A stretch of DNA of 63,704 nt, the filler included, from Craspedostauros australis (lineage: Eukaryota), in the NCBI GenBank assembly GCA_030167865.1. It is 13 parts of 13 records of this genome, joined end to end, with 100 filler letters (N's around TTAATTAATTAA, not from the genome) between each part and the next. Parts side by side here need not be neighbours in the genome. Positions count along the whole stretch, not along the records: positions 9,774 to 30,823 come from JALAGF010004679.1; positions 30,924 to 34,970 come from JALAGF010004680.1; positions 35,071 to 37,137 come from JALAGF010004682.1; 10 more parts are not named here. The stretch is one strand, 5' to 3'. The notes beneath the pieces were generated by a model. That model saw nothing but the letters and a program-made list of their open reading frames with translations, was not told the DNA's origin and made no database searches. Made by a program: the position numbers and the translations under genes. Below, piece after piece: positions 24,360-37,071 of this stretch. Position 1 is the stretch's first letter; each line of letters starts with the position of its first letter.

Positions 24360-25604
24360 ATGGCAACAAGGAAGACGACGTCGACGCCTGCATCCGCAGA
24401 CACAATACGAGCAATCACAATGCCAGCACCGTCGACGCTTGAGACTGCTATCTGTAAAACACCACAGATGACTCCACACAAAACATCTCCCAGCGACAAC
24501 GCAGGTCCGCAGATGCAAACAAACACCATGGTGGTCAACGATGGCGCGCAGCAACAACAGCACCAACCTTGTGCCGACGATCCCCTTCCATCCGTGGATC
24601 AGTGCCGAGCCATTCTGGAGCACTGTCTGTGGAGGGAAGCCCGCTTGCATGCATCCTCGTGCCGCCACGATGACAACCGGACATGCGACTCAAGTCCGCC
24701 GCTGCATGAGCATCCCTACGCTTCGGAGTATCGCCAAGAGATGATCTCTTGGCTGTTCCGTGATTTGCGGTCGCTCTACGATCTCTCCATGGACTGTGTG
24801 GAACAGACCATGCGATGCATCGATCGATTTCACAATCTCGCGACGAGAAATCAACGCAACCAACGATACAGCCAGCTGCGCGTCTACCATCAGATGATCG
24901 TCATCGCCTGCATTTACATTTGCCAGAAGCTGTCGCACTCCAAGCATGCGCTGCATTCCAGCAATGATATGATCCGCATACTGCTGCAACAAGAGCATGC
25001 ATCATCGGCATCTGCCGCAATGTCGTTTCCATCATCCATCTTCAACTCGGCCAATTTGGAACGCATGGAGTTGACGATCTGCGAGGTGTTGGAATGGAGA
25101 CTGATGCACCCCAGCACCACCATGTCCATATCCTACCATCTCATCCAGTGTTTCATCACGACCAACACGAAGGAAAATGATGACGCAACCGCTGATGCAG
25201 AAAAAGTTGCACGACAACGCGATTGCCAAGTCCTCATGGCGGTCGTAGAACGACAGTTCGAGTTGTATCATGGACACGAATCTGCAGTGCAGCACAGCTA
25301 CCACAGACCAAGCCAGCTCGCGAATGCGGCCGTGTGCAATGCATTCCGATTGCTGTCCTTGAAGGATCGCGAATGCTCGGATGCGATTACGTCATCGGCC
25401 GCGGATTGTCCCATTGCGAAACGGTTGTGGGTTATGCTTTTGGAGGATGGCGGCGACATGCTGGCGGGCTACGACAGTACGCAAGTTGCGATGGCTGTGG
25501 CCACCAATGGAGACGGCCTTGGACAAGAGAAGAGTGATGCCAAGACGTCGCCGACATGCGTCGTACAGACGGCGACATCGACAGTGCGTGCATCCGCCCA
25601 ATGA
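24360..25604 (+). CDS. Cyclin, diatom-specific cyclin type
   Basis: Cyclin-box features YRQEMISW, TMRCIDRF, QMIVIACIYICQKL and ERMELTICEVLEWRLMHPST; C-terminal SPTCV. Confidence 0.85.
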   Translation: MATRKTTSTPASADTIRAITMPAPSTLETAICKTPQMTPHKTSPSDNAGPQMQTNTMVVNDGAQQQQHQPCADDPLPSVDQCRAILEHCLWREARLHASSCRHDDNRTCDSSPPLHEHPYASEYRQEMISWLFRDLRSLYDLSMDCVEQTMRCIDRFHNLATRNQRNQRYSQLRVYHQMIVIACIYICQKLSHSKHALHSSNDMIRILLQQEHASSASAAMSFPSSIFNSANLERMELTICEVLEWRLMHPSTTMSISYHLIQCFITTNTKENDDATADAEKVARQRDCQVLMAVVERQFELYHGHESAVQHSYHRPSQLANAAVCNAFRLLSLKDRECSDAITSSAADCPIAKRLWVMLLEDGGDMLAGYDSTQVAMAVATNGDGLGQEKSDAKTSPTCVVQTATSTVRASAQ

Positions 25605-25958
25605 GTGTCAAGCAAAGCGGCAGCAATACTACTATAACAGAACACACCAGAATAACTAGTCAAGTTCTGTCAAGTCATCTCAATAGGCTCAACGCCTCCA
25701 TTCTTGACACACCCACGTTCCGTTTCCAGAGAACGGAAAGAAAGAACTTGTGAGGTTGAAATTGAGATTGGAAGAAACGAAGTTGAACTGCTATTTTGGA
25801 TTGATTCGGAAGCACTCCAAGATCTCGGGTGCTTTCTACTGTTTGTCGCGACCTTTGTTCCTTCGTGCTTGGTGCAATGTGCATGCGATCTGCTCTAGCT
25901 CGTACCCTTTGGAGTAAAATGAAAGAACGAACGAACGAACGAGCAGCAGACCCAATCT

Positions 25959-27344
25959 TCACTTCTTCACTGCCTTCTTCAAGAACGTCAGCGTCAGATC
26001 CATCATCTTTTCGAATACTGCGCCTTCGTCAGCTTTGCCGATAACCCCGCGCAACAGTCTCGACAACGTGAAGGAATCCACCCAAAAAATGATATCGCAG
26101 AAATTCTGATGCCCCGTGTCGGGAAGTACATGCAACGCATCCTCGTTGCCCGTCAACCTCTTCGTCAGCGTCCGCGTGGATTGAAACAGCTTCTCATATC
26201 CTTGGAATTGTTGCGAATCGATGAGTATGCTGGGCATGGAGTTGGGCAAGTGCTTGGGTTTGGCGGTGGACGCGTCGTCTTCAAATGCTTCGGGCGGGAA
26301 TGCGAATTCGATGCCGGCCGATTTGCTGACATCGATGTGGAACCATCCATCCAACAGCACGGCGGCACAAAAGCGTGACGGATCCATGGTGATGGCACGC
26401 ATGGACGTCGCGGAACCGTACGAGAAGCCGGCAACGACGAGCCGGTCATGGTCGACGGCCTCGCGGATAGTATGGAAGAGGCTTGCCGCATCATCCGCAT
26501 CGTTCACCAGCATGCGATCGCAAACACCCAGGACTTCTTTGGCACGCTGTTCCACTTGATTGGTGCGGAAGGACGGATCGTAGTTCTGCATCGACGGGCC
26601 ATGTACGTAGTACTTGCGCGTTCCATCGGCCATCGGGACGTTGCACGAGCTGCCATCGGCATGGTGCAGGCAGGCGACGATGTAACCCTGTTTGGCCCAG
26701 GCCGAGCACATCGCGAAATTCTCCTGTCCCGTGCCCGTCAGTCCATGGGAGAAGACGATGAGCGGGAGTTTGGCATCGGCCGATGATGCCAAGGATGGTG
26801 CGCGGAACTCTGCCTCCTTGTACACACCAGGGATGCGCAGCCATCCCATGGGCAATATCAGCGACATGAGGAACAACACTGGCCGCAGCACCATATTGAA
26901 CAGCGGAGTGTCCTCCTTTGCCAATGCCATGTGCGCGTATCCCAGAAGGAAGGGGCGCACGCCACCTTCGCAGTCTTCAAACCAGCGAATGGGTTTGGCG
27001 GTTCTCTTGGGACGATTGGCAGCCTCGCTGGTTGGATCGGCAGCAGGGTAGAAGACGCGGAACGGAGGCAGACCGTCGGTTGGCGGGACGTAGAGGTAGC
27101 CAACTGCTTCGGCTGGTCCTGCGGAAATCAAGCTCTTGGGGACGCCGATCATGGTGGACGTGGCAGCTTTGTCTCGAGTGAAACTGGACGGGCAAGCGAA
27201 ATGTGAAGATGGTGGAGCGGAATGGAATGGAGTGGAATGGAGTGCTTGACGAGGAGCAGTAGATGGAGTGGAGTAGTCGTAAGTGGATGCAATGGAAGCC
27301 ACTCACATCGGAATGACCAACATGAGCATGAACATGAGCATCAT
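25959..27344 (-). CDS. Platelet-activating factor acetylhydrolase-like alpha/beta hydrolase (possible short first exon 27344-27307 spliced to 27183; otherwise start at ATG 27152)
   Basis: Motifs RVFYP, PLIVFSHGL, H.DGS, nucleophile elbow AGFSYG, LLDGW and GHQNFCD. A phase-compatible GTGAGT..CAG intron lies upstream. Confidence 0.85.
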
Positions 27345-27825
27345 CAACGCGAGCAACTGCGCATGTGATACAACAAGGTTGAAAAGAACACAAACGAATC
27401 AGAGAAGCGGGGTTGGGTGAAGGTTTGGTCGTGCCGTGATGTCGTTGGGCCATCGGAGGGAATCGCGTGATGGTTGTGGGCGCGCTGGAGATCAACCAAG
27501 ACGTCATTTTTCCACACATCACTCGCACGTATTTTCGGAATCAAGCATGACTCGATCGACTATTTTTAAACGACCAATATATAGACCGTCCTCCCATAAT
27601 TACGAAACCAATTATGAGTCTGACACACGCCCGTTCAGAAGTATCTTTTTGGTGGTTCTCGTTCGTATCCCAAGGTGCGGACGACGCCTCGTGAGGGCAG
27701 ACCATCCCCAACAGAACACACACGTCGCCACAGCGTAGATTCGGGAGACGACGTCGCACAAGCACATCAACATTCTGGAAGCCACCTGGATCCGGGTGGA
27801 GCAGAGGACACGACGCACCCCAGCA

Positions 27826-27854
27826 CCCATTGCCCATTGCCCATTGCCCATTGC
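27826..27854. repeat. (CCCATTG)x4 heptamer array just upstream of the PGAM start, in the divergent intergenic region
   Basis: cccattgcccattgcccattgcccattgc read directly; any regulatory role is unproven. Confidence 0.7.
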
Positions 27855-27891
27855 TCATTTCTCATAGCAACGAAGAAAGAAGCGTTTCATC

Positions 27892-29090
27892 ATGTTTGCC
27901 GTTTCCAGATCTGCCTTCTCCATCGCCTCCAAGGCGACCTTCCGTCGCAGGTACGTTGAGCGTATCCGTGCTCTCATTGATGTTGATGTTGATCTCGGGT
28001 GCCACGCTGGGTATCTATGGATCGATTGGTTCGGCCACGAGCGGTTCGGCAGATGAAATGGGGTAGTGGGCGCATCCTTAGATGCATGAATGCATCCAAG
28101 GGTGATTGATGCATCGACGACGCCTTTGGCGGCGTCCTTTGACACTCTGATGCATCATATGATGCAAGATGCATCCCATTCGGCACATGTACCATAATCA
28201 TCAAATTACTCGGCTCGACTCTGCGCCAGAGAATTCTCTCACATGAAACTGCGACAACTTCGACATCTGACTACTCTAACCTACCATACACTCCACGCAG
28301 CTTCGCTGCCATCCAAGCCGCTGACAAGCACACCCTGGTGCTCGTGAGACACGGAGAGTCCACTTGGAACTTGGAGAACAAATTCACGGGATGGTACGAC
28401 TGCCCGCTCAGCCCCAAGGGAACCGAGGAGGTCATCGAGGCCGGAAAGCTCATCAAGGCCGAGGGCATCGTCGCTGATGTTGCGCACACCTCCCTCCTCA
28501 AGCGCGCCATCCGCACCCTGTGGCACGTCCTGGAGCAGACCGACCTCATGTGGATCCCTGTCCAGAACGCGTGGCAGCTCAACGAGCGTCATTACGGCAG
28601 CCTGCAGGGACTCGACAAGCAGGAGACCGTCGACAAGTACGGCAAGGACCAGGTCCTCATCTGGCGCCGATCCTACGACGTCCCACCACCCACCGTCGAC
28701 AAGACCAGCGAGCACCACCCGGCCAGCGACCCGCGATACTCCGCCTTCGAATTCGACGAGAACTTCACCGAATCCCTCGCCACCACGCTGGACCGCGTCG
28801 TGCCGTACTTCGAGGAGGAGATCGCACCGCAGCTCAAGGAGGGCAAGACCGTCCTCGTCACGGCCCACGGCAACTCCCTGCGCGCTCTCGTCAAGTACCT
28901 CGACAACATCGGTGAGGATGTCATATCCGACCTCAACATCCCCACCGGTGTGCCGCTCGTCTACGAATTGGATGAAAACCTCAAGCCCATGCCAGCCAGC
29001 GAGGCCATCGCACCGCTCCAAGGGCGTTACCTTGGGGATCAGGAAGGAATCCGCGCACGCATTGAGGGAGTCAAGAACCAGACCAAGTAA
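27892..29090 (+). CDS. PGAM: 2,3-bisphosphoglycerate-dependent phosphoglycerate mutase with a mitochondrial-type presequence; exons 27892-27950 and 28301-29090
   Basis: Motifs [42 protein letters not shown] and LNIPTG.PLVYELD. A phase-2 intron GTACG..CGCAG yields the N-terminus [23 protein letters not shown]. Confidence 0.95.
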
Positions 29091-29770
29091 GCATGTGCGC
29101 ATGCATACGCGTACGTGTGATATACACGTCGCATCCATCGCATCAGTCGGCGTGAAGAATGCTTGAAACGAAATGAAGTTTAATGAAACGAAACGAAAAC
29201 AATCGGACATGAAATGGTCGTGCAGCGTGAATAGATTTGACTGGAGTACTGCTGTGCACTCTATTGTTGTGTATGTGTGTGTTGCTCTCCAGTATTACAT
29301 ATGCATGCATCCACAGAGAGACAAGAGGTGGCCGTATGGCGCAACGGCGAAGAGTCAGATGGGTTGCCCAGTTCTCCGCCATGCCTCAACTCCTCCAATT
29401 TTTGTGAATATATTCGTGACTCGTGCTAGTTTCAGTCACGAATTGAAGGATGCGAGTCGTTGCGAGAAATTGATCGAGATTGTTCTTTGAGACCAATAGA
29501 GAGGTTTCGCATTGTTTCGTATTCCACTCAGAGGCCCCCACTGCCATGTCACATACGACATGGACGCTCGAGTGACGGAAACTGCACAGGACTGGTGCGT
29601 GACAGAATACTGCTTGGATTACGTGGAGTCAATAACCGTTCGCGCCATCTCTAGGGTATCTAATTTAGACATGTTCGCTTTCACTTCTCCGGAAGAGCGT
29701 CACATTTTGGTCATGAGTGTCACAACACATCATCTGTTTCTGTTTTGATGTTGCATGATGAGTTCTCTCC

Positions 29771-30823
29771 ATGCTTCCCTCCATGCTATACTCGCTGCTC
29801 CTTCGATCCTTCTGTGTTCATCACACCTTCGCACACGCAGCTCCTCCACACGTTCGATTATTACTTACCATCGTTGCCATGGTCAATCGTAATTGGAATA
29901 CCGTTCCCGAGCGGCAGGCATTGCAAGAAGCAATCGCTCGATTTGAGGCTGCCATCACTCAACTTGCAGACATCGACGTCCAACGTCTGGATTATGCAGG
30001 CGTCGTCATTTTGGTTCAGCACTATAGCAACATCGTCGCATTGGGCCGTCATGTGCTACAAATGCAGCAACTTTACCTCGTTCCATTGGGACCTCCTCCC
30101 ATGTTCACCAACAGGAACATTGCCATCGCGGAACTGGACAACCGCGAAAGTGTTCGTCACTTTCGTTTCCGTGCGTGTGATCTCCAACGTCTGGCTGACC
30201 GTCTCTGGCCCAAATTCCAGGCAGTGTCCGGTGAGGCAGATCCTGCATGCATTCAAGTGCGAAATCGATACACAGTATCGTACGAGATGGGATTGCTCGT
30301 CATGCTATTCCGTCTGGCACATCGCGGACGGCTGTGTGACATGGAACAAAGATTCAGCATGGACAGTGTCCGTATTTCCAGCATTGCCTCCACTTTCTAC
30401 TCCTACTTCTATGACATTGGCAAACCGTACCTGAGCGACATCGGTTTGTTTCATACTCGATTCCCCGACTATGCGGAGAACAATCACCGTCTCACCCACG
30501 GCTTGGTGGACGATGTGTTCGCTTATGTCGACGGCACGTTTTGGGAAACCTGTCGTCCCAAGGAGAATCAAGAGGACCTCTACTCAGGCTATAAACGCGG
30601 TCATGGGCTACACTATCAAGGAATTGTTGCACCAGATGGGTTGCTCATTCACTACTTTGGGCCGATTGCAGGTGCTCGCAGTGACGGGTACATGTTCCAG
30701 CAAAGCAAAATCGAACAGCGATTGGAGGCTCTCATGCCATTGGATGAGAACAATCCTCCATATCGTCTCTACGGTGATGCAGCATATCCTACTACACCAT
30801 ACATATTCGCTGCATACAAGGAC
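29771..30823 (+). mobile_element. PIF/Harbinger-type DDE transposase (DDE_Tnp_4-like), 3' truncated by the gap
   Basis: Motifs HFRF, HTH-like MLFRLAH.GR..DM..RF, YVDGT....CRP, YSGYKRGHGLHYQGIVAPDG, GARSD and LYGDAAYP. Confidence 0.9.
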
Positions 30824-30923
30824 NNNNNNNNNNNNNNNNNNNNNNNNNNNNNNNNNNNNNNNNNNNNTTAATTAATTAANNNNNNNNNNNNNNNNNNNNN
30901 NNNNNNNNNNNNNNNNNNNNNNN

Positions 30924-33900
30924 GTAGAGCAGCATGCCGACGACAGAGCGGTAGTTCCATTTCTCGTTCATGGCTGGTTCATCCTTGCACTGTCCGAGTG
31001 CGAGTTGCGTGGTAGGTACCGGACATGGGTTGCAGTTCGACATCTTCGTTGTCTCAAGGACCTTTTTGATCAATCCTGGTTGTCGAAGATGGACAGTATC
31101 CGCCTTCGGGTCACGGCAGAGCTCAATCCCCAGGAATTCGGTGAAGCTGCCTTCCTGGGTAAGCTCGAACCCGAGTTCACGCATTGATGCAATGAAGTCA
31201 TCAGCATCCTTCTTAGTCTTGGAGGCGATTCCTGCATCGTCAACGTAGAGAACAATCATGATGTTGCGCTTGATGAACAAGCATTGCTCTTGATCGCAAG
31301 CTGTGAAGCCGACTGTGATTAGAGCTCGGATGAGGTGCTCGTACCACAGGCGCGGAGCGATCGTCAATCCGTAGAGACTTTTGCGAAGTCGGAGACAGGT
31401 GTTGGGTCCCTTGCTTGACTTGAAGCCGCGAGGAAGGTGAAGATGCACAGGCTTATGGATTGAGGCCTGCACGAAGGCATTTGTGAAGTCGATGGATGTT
31501 GTTGTCCAACCCATCACGATGGATGTGCTCAGGAAGATGCGGACGGATGACCAGGCCACGACTGGCGCATAGGTGGATGCATCCTCATTCATGAGGTCTC
31601 CGCGGCAGCACCAGCGACCCTTGTACTTCTTGATGGTACCATCTGGCAAGCGCTTGCGACGGAAGACCCAGGTCCCTGGGAAGATCCGATCATTGATGAC
31701 GTCGGCCTTTTGAATCTCTTCCCATGTTCCCTTCTCGGTAAGTGCCTTGATTTCCTTTTCGGCTGCTTGCATCCACTCATCCTTGTTGTCGTCGCGAATC
31801 GCTTCGTCAAAGGAAAGGGTGTCAGGGTCATTGCTGGATGCTTTGTACGTGGATGAGCGTTCGGCGATGTTCAAATCGCCACCTGTTGTGAAGTAGCTCA
31901 TCATGTGTCCATCAACATATGTTGGGAAGTTCGTTGAGTCTCGTTGTGGCTCGATGATGGAGACAGCGTAAGCATGTTGTTCGATGTTCGCCCATGTGTG
32001 CTCTGGGATACATGTTGCTGTGTCGAGGATGGATGATGGGTCGACTTCAAGTGTTGATCCGCTTTGATCGGACGCTCGCGTTGCTGGGGCCACCTTAAGA
32101 GGTGCCGTGTTGGTATCGATCATTCCTTGGATAAATTTCTCAACTTCGAATTCACTTGGCTGTGGCCATGGCCCTGGACGAATCGTCGTGACTTGGCGAC
32201 GGAGTAGTTCGAATGCGAGGCGATAGTGATGGTTCTCAGAGATGGCGTTCCACACGGAGCGAGTTCTTTTGAAGAATGTGTTTCCACTGATTTTGGATTC
32301 GGGAGGAAGAAAACCCTTCATCATCAAGTATTCCGGATCCTGATACGACCATGGCTCTGGTTTGGCCGATGACATGTAGTCAAAGGCATCGAAGCTGGGG
32401 TTCATGATGCCGGTTCGAATGAAAGTGCTCAGTCTGTTGACGAATTGGCCGACGGCGTAGTCGGTTGCTTGTCTCCTGAGGTCATCACAACGAATCTCGC
32501 AGTGAAGATCGACTTCGAAATGTCTCTCCATGTCCGAGTAGAAGTCCTCGTAGACGTCCTGGCATGGCGTTGGTCCTTCTTCGACCATGTCGTCTGGATC
32601 CGGCTGCCACCAATCGGCCATGTTGATGCTTGCTTCTTCTCTTTTAGCCGGTTTTGGGGTGAACGTTGGTAGGACGATGTTGGTTGGTTGTGGATTCAAC
32701 GTATTGAATCGACCTCGAAGTCTGCGCAACAAGTAGTGAGCGTCCACCTTGAATTGGTGTAGGTCGATGGAGAGGGAGTCGCTGCCTTTGCGTTGGAGAG
32801 GTTCGATTGTATGTAGGCAATCGACGACAGCTTGTGAGAATGTGATGATTGATGCAGAATCAGGGTGTAGTTCCCTGGTTGTTGCTTCCTGTTCATTTTC
32901 TTCCATGGTAGCCACCGCGGGACAGAAGTAGTAGTCATCGGTATCTTCGTCGTCTAACCATGCGGCTTTGCCTCCCATGCGTGCATACGTGAATCGCTTT
33001 GGTTGTTTGCGATTTCTCGTGCTTCGAGATCTTACTGGCGTTGGTTCAAGCTTGGGCATGATAGGTGCCGTGGAACCGGTTTCAGTTGGTGTTGGATCTG
33101 AAGGTGGTAATGGAGTTGCCGGTTCCGAGATTGGTGACTCTCGGAGAGGTGAGTCAAATTGCGGTTGAAGTGTTCGCTGGTCCGGTGACTCTATAGTAGG
33201 GTCAGGTACCGGGGACTCATCGGGAGCTCCCTCTGTCGAAGACATTTGCTTGTTGGCTCCCTCTGAAGCTGGCATCGGAGGGGCGAGAGGTTCACTCATG
33301 AGATCCGGGATCTGTTGTGTCGTCGGTTGCGACTCTTTCGCCAATACCTGTGGCGCCCTTTCACGGATAGTTCGTTGGTTTCGCGCCTCGGTCATCGGTG
33401 GTGGAGTATTATCGTCGTTGTGTTGTAACCGGTTGTGGTCTCGCGTGTCTGATGCGAAGATGTCGTCCTGCTCCATTGATTCCACATCGTCGTCATCGAA
33501 TGGATATTGNNNNNNNNNNNNNNNNNNNNNNNNAGTCCATTCTTCCGATTGATAGCTTGGAAGTTGCTTCAAGTCGGTAGCAATTGTTGCGAACCAGTCG
33601 TCGAACACAACATGGAACTGTGGTGTGATTGAACCTGTCCGTGGTGATAGAACTAGGGGTACGGTTGAAGCATGCTTAGTGGAGAGACCCATGTTCACGT
33701 ATCTCTCTCCTCTTGGTTCCCATCGAGGTATCTTGCGCCCGTCGGCCAGTGCTTTGTTAAGGACATAGACTGGGCTGCCCCATACGTGCAGGTTATGAAG
33801 TTGCTTGAGGGGNNNNNNNNNNNNNNNNNNNNNNNNNNNNNNNNNNNNNNNNNNNNNNNNNNNNNNNNNNNNNNNNNNNNNNNNNNNNGCATGCACTACG

Positions 33901-34970
33901 GCCATTGGCCACAGTTGAGCGTCGAACATTGTTGGCCAATGAATGCTTTGATGCATCATCATGGTTCGGGCCATTGATACAATTGTTCGAATGCTTCGTT
34001 CGGCGATTCCATTGTGATGATGAGCGCCGACGCCTGCGAATCGATGGACTTGATGGAATATTTCAAGGTGCTTGGAGTATTCGGGTGAGGTGAAGGTAGT
34101 TGCGTTGTCTGATAAGTAAGATCGCACGGGGACTCCCACATCTCGACACATTAGTTCGAACCGTTCTTTGGCCTCGAGGGTAGCGTGTGTTGTTAGTGCT
34201 GCTACTGGTTCCACATGAATGTATCCGGAGGCGTGATCGACGAAGATGGCTCCGCCTTTGTACATTTCGTTTGGATCACCTTTGCCTCGTCCTGAGAAGA
34301 GGCGTCCTGGTGTTCGACCGACGAAGTGGTCCACTGATACTTGTTGTCCTGGGAACAAATGATCGGTGCGCAAAACTCCTTGTTTGTCACGGACGACATG
34401 TTGAGTTATTCCTGGGGAAGGNCGACGGTGCAGCTTTCCGAATTGGCATGCGGCGCAGAGCGGAAGGCTTGTGACCCTTGCCGCAGCTGTGTGCATCTTT
34501 CTAGACGATTCTGACCCAGTGAGCGCACCCGAACGCAGCAGGAACTTCACTCGACTGAAGGATAAGTGTCCGAGACGATAGTGCCACCGAAGAAGTTCCT
34601 TTTGCGGTTGGGTGAGNNNNNNNNNNNNNNNNNNNNNNNNNNNNNNNNNNNNNNNNNNNNNNNNNNNNNNNNNNNNNNNNNNNNNNNNNNNNNNNNNNNN
34701 NNNNNNNNNNAGCCTTGTGGACTTCTTGTAGTTCGCTACGATTGCATTGCGATCGTCGTTTCCCAGGATTCCGCTGAGTTTGCAGGAGGACTTGTCGAAC
34801 ACTATTGTTTCGCCCTGATACTCTTCTAGGAGACTGGAAGTGCTGATTAGCTTGACCTTTGATTCGGGAACATGGAAAGCAGGCAATCGCAATTTGCGAG
34901 GGCTTCCAGTTACATCAAGGACATGCCATTCGACGGTCCCCAACGCATTCACTTGGATTTTCTTGAGGAA
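30924..34970 (-). mobile_element. Ty1/copia (CoDi-like) pol: integrase, long spacer domain and RT; related to the 6405-9673 element
   Basis: Integrase HHCC (WHYRLGH...CAAC) and core motifs VSVD, SDN, HHHNGIAER and SITPQFHVVFDD; RT motifs LYGL and LYVDD. IN precedes RT, the copia order. Confidence 0.95.
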
Positions 34971-35074
34971 NNNNNNNNNNNNNNNNNNNNNNNNNNNNNN
35001 NNNNNNNNNNNNNNTTAATTAATTAANNNNNNNNNNNNNNNNNNNNNNNNNNNNNNNNNNNNNNNNNNNNTCAG

Positions 35075-35363
35075 ATGATATCGTCATCTGAGGTTTAGTT
35101 GGGAAGTACCTCGAGATTCTCTTGGTACCATTGATGGATGGACAGACGATCTTCCAATTCTCTCAGAAATCGTTATTTGCAAATTTCCTCCAGAAATCTT
35201 GCCCCTTTTCGTGTGTTCCATTTCCCCTGTAATTNNNNNNNNNNNNNNNNNNNNNNNNNNNNNNNNNNNNNNNTACCGTCCAAGTGCGTATGAGAGAATA
35301 ACGGGTGAACGATGCACATATACACGTACATCTCGACATATACTCACATGTACATCTCGACAC
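35075..35363. repeat. Dispersed non-coding repeat (possible LTR or TE end); homologous segments at ~37505-37665 and 46984-47063
   Basis: GAGGTTTAGTTGGGAA...CTCTCAGAAATCGTT..TTGCAAATTTCCTCCAGAAA is shared with ~37520-37640. GTGCGTATGAGAGAATA.CGGGTGAACGATGCACATATACACG...CTCGACACA is shared with 46984. Confidence 0.8.
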
Positions 35364-36041
35364 AGTTTGTCATTGATGATCTGTTCACAGGCCATCTCAC
35401 TCTTTGTGACATCGGTCTGTCTCAAGTACTCTTTTCTCATTGGTTGCGACATGGGGGCCGTAGTTGCGTGTATTGTGATGTTGGTCATGATTCCAACATC
35501 CCTGCCCCCTGCAACATGCACGTGTGATTCGAATTCCTGCATTGAGGTCACGAGCGCCGAAGTACGGTTCGCATTCGGCACGTGTCGTTCTCCACCACAA
35601 GACACATGTAGCTCACATTTTCTGTCACAAAGATCCAAGGGTGGGAGTTGCGGTGATGTAGCACAACATTACATTCGACTCCTTACCCTTGGGAGGTGCG
35701 GCAATGTGGTGTTTCAGAACACCCGATTCCTGACAATCGGCATCATGTTTTGCCTCCGACCCATCAAGACCAGACTCTCGAACTCGGGAACGAAGCCAGA
35801 TGTCACGAGATCGTCCCAAACCCAGAAAAAACAACACGACAGATAACGGTCTCCATTAGGGGCAGCCTGGCCGGCTCCATCACCTCATAACTCTACAACT
35901 AAAACCACCCTGAAGCTGCAAGCTCGGATAATGAATTTATGTACGTAAAAGTGCATGTGCGTCAAGTTTCATCTCAATCGAAGGTCCAAAATCAAAGAAC
36001 CCTGTTGGACCGCACCGTTCTTCACTCACACGGGTCATATT

Positions 36042-37071
36042 TCACTTCGCTTCCGCTGCGGCCGGCATCTCCTTTTCGTACTCCGCCGTCGTCTTTCCAA
36101 AGATGCGCCGCTCCCACACCTCGTCCATCTCAGGCGTCAAATGGATGGGTTCATACTCCGGAGGCAGCTTCGATTCGCCTTCCTCAGTGCAAGGACGCAG
36201 CTTCATTCGTCCCGACGCGCAACCATCCTGCGACATCAGCCTCGCGAACTCGGGCCTTGCGGCAACCACAGGATTGATGAACACCTGTGCATTCAATTCC
36301 ATGGCGATGGAATGTGATGTTTGATTGGTCCGAGGATATGCATGATTTTACAGAAATGGAAGAAGAGGAATGTACAATGGGTAGAGCATGACGTTGGAGG
36401 TGAGAGACAAACACATGGAATAGAACATGATATCGTGCACACAACCATCGCATTTTGCTTCTCATCGTATGGTTTTTCATGTCCACTTACCATCATGTGC
36501 AACCACACGTGTTGGGCATTGTACTGCGCTCCGTTCGGTGCCCTGAACTGCTTGTCTTCGCGTTCACTTGAGGCCACTTCTCGGACCATCTTGGTGAGTT
36601 CTTCTGAATACTTGAAGCCCATGCTTTCCATGCGAGCAATCCACCACTGTGAGTCATGCACTTCCACATGGTGCCATCCCGACCACGTCGAATGAGTCAC
36701 GAACAAGTAAGCGGCCTTGCGGAAGATGGGAATGTAATTGTGTTGATAGTTCCTGCCAACGTGTTCCAGAAACTCAACTGCCCACACGGCATCGTACAAC
36801 TTATCTGGCCAGTACGGACCACGCGAGAAGTCGTGCTCCACGAGATGCGTGTCTTTGTTTGGAAGCACGTTGGCTAGGACGGCATCATGCGATCCCTCCA
36901 CGCACAACGCATCCACGCCATGATCATGGAACCAGCTCGTGCTGGTCCCCTTTCCACAACCCACATCCACCATGCTTTTGATTCCCATGTACTCGATCAT
37001 GAACTTCCATGTTCTTGGTGACACTCCCATGAGATCGAGCTCTGTGAATCCACCGAGATGTGCTTTGTCGC
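36042..37071 (-). CDS. Class I SAM-dependent methyltransferase, 5' truncated; exons 37071-36491 and 36284-36042
   Basis: Motifs HLGG, motif I VDVGCGKG, VEG, HDF and YDAVWAVEFLEHV. A GTAAGT..CAG intron joins HMM-VFINP in frame. Confidence 0.85.

Noticed and set aside
28281..29210. 309-aa antisense ORF over PGAM
   Set aside because: It is expected from strong C/G codon bias, which removes antisense stops.
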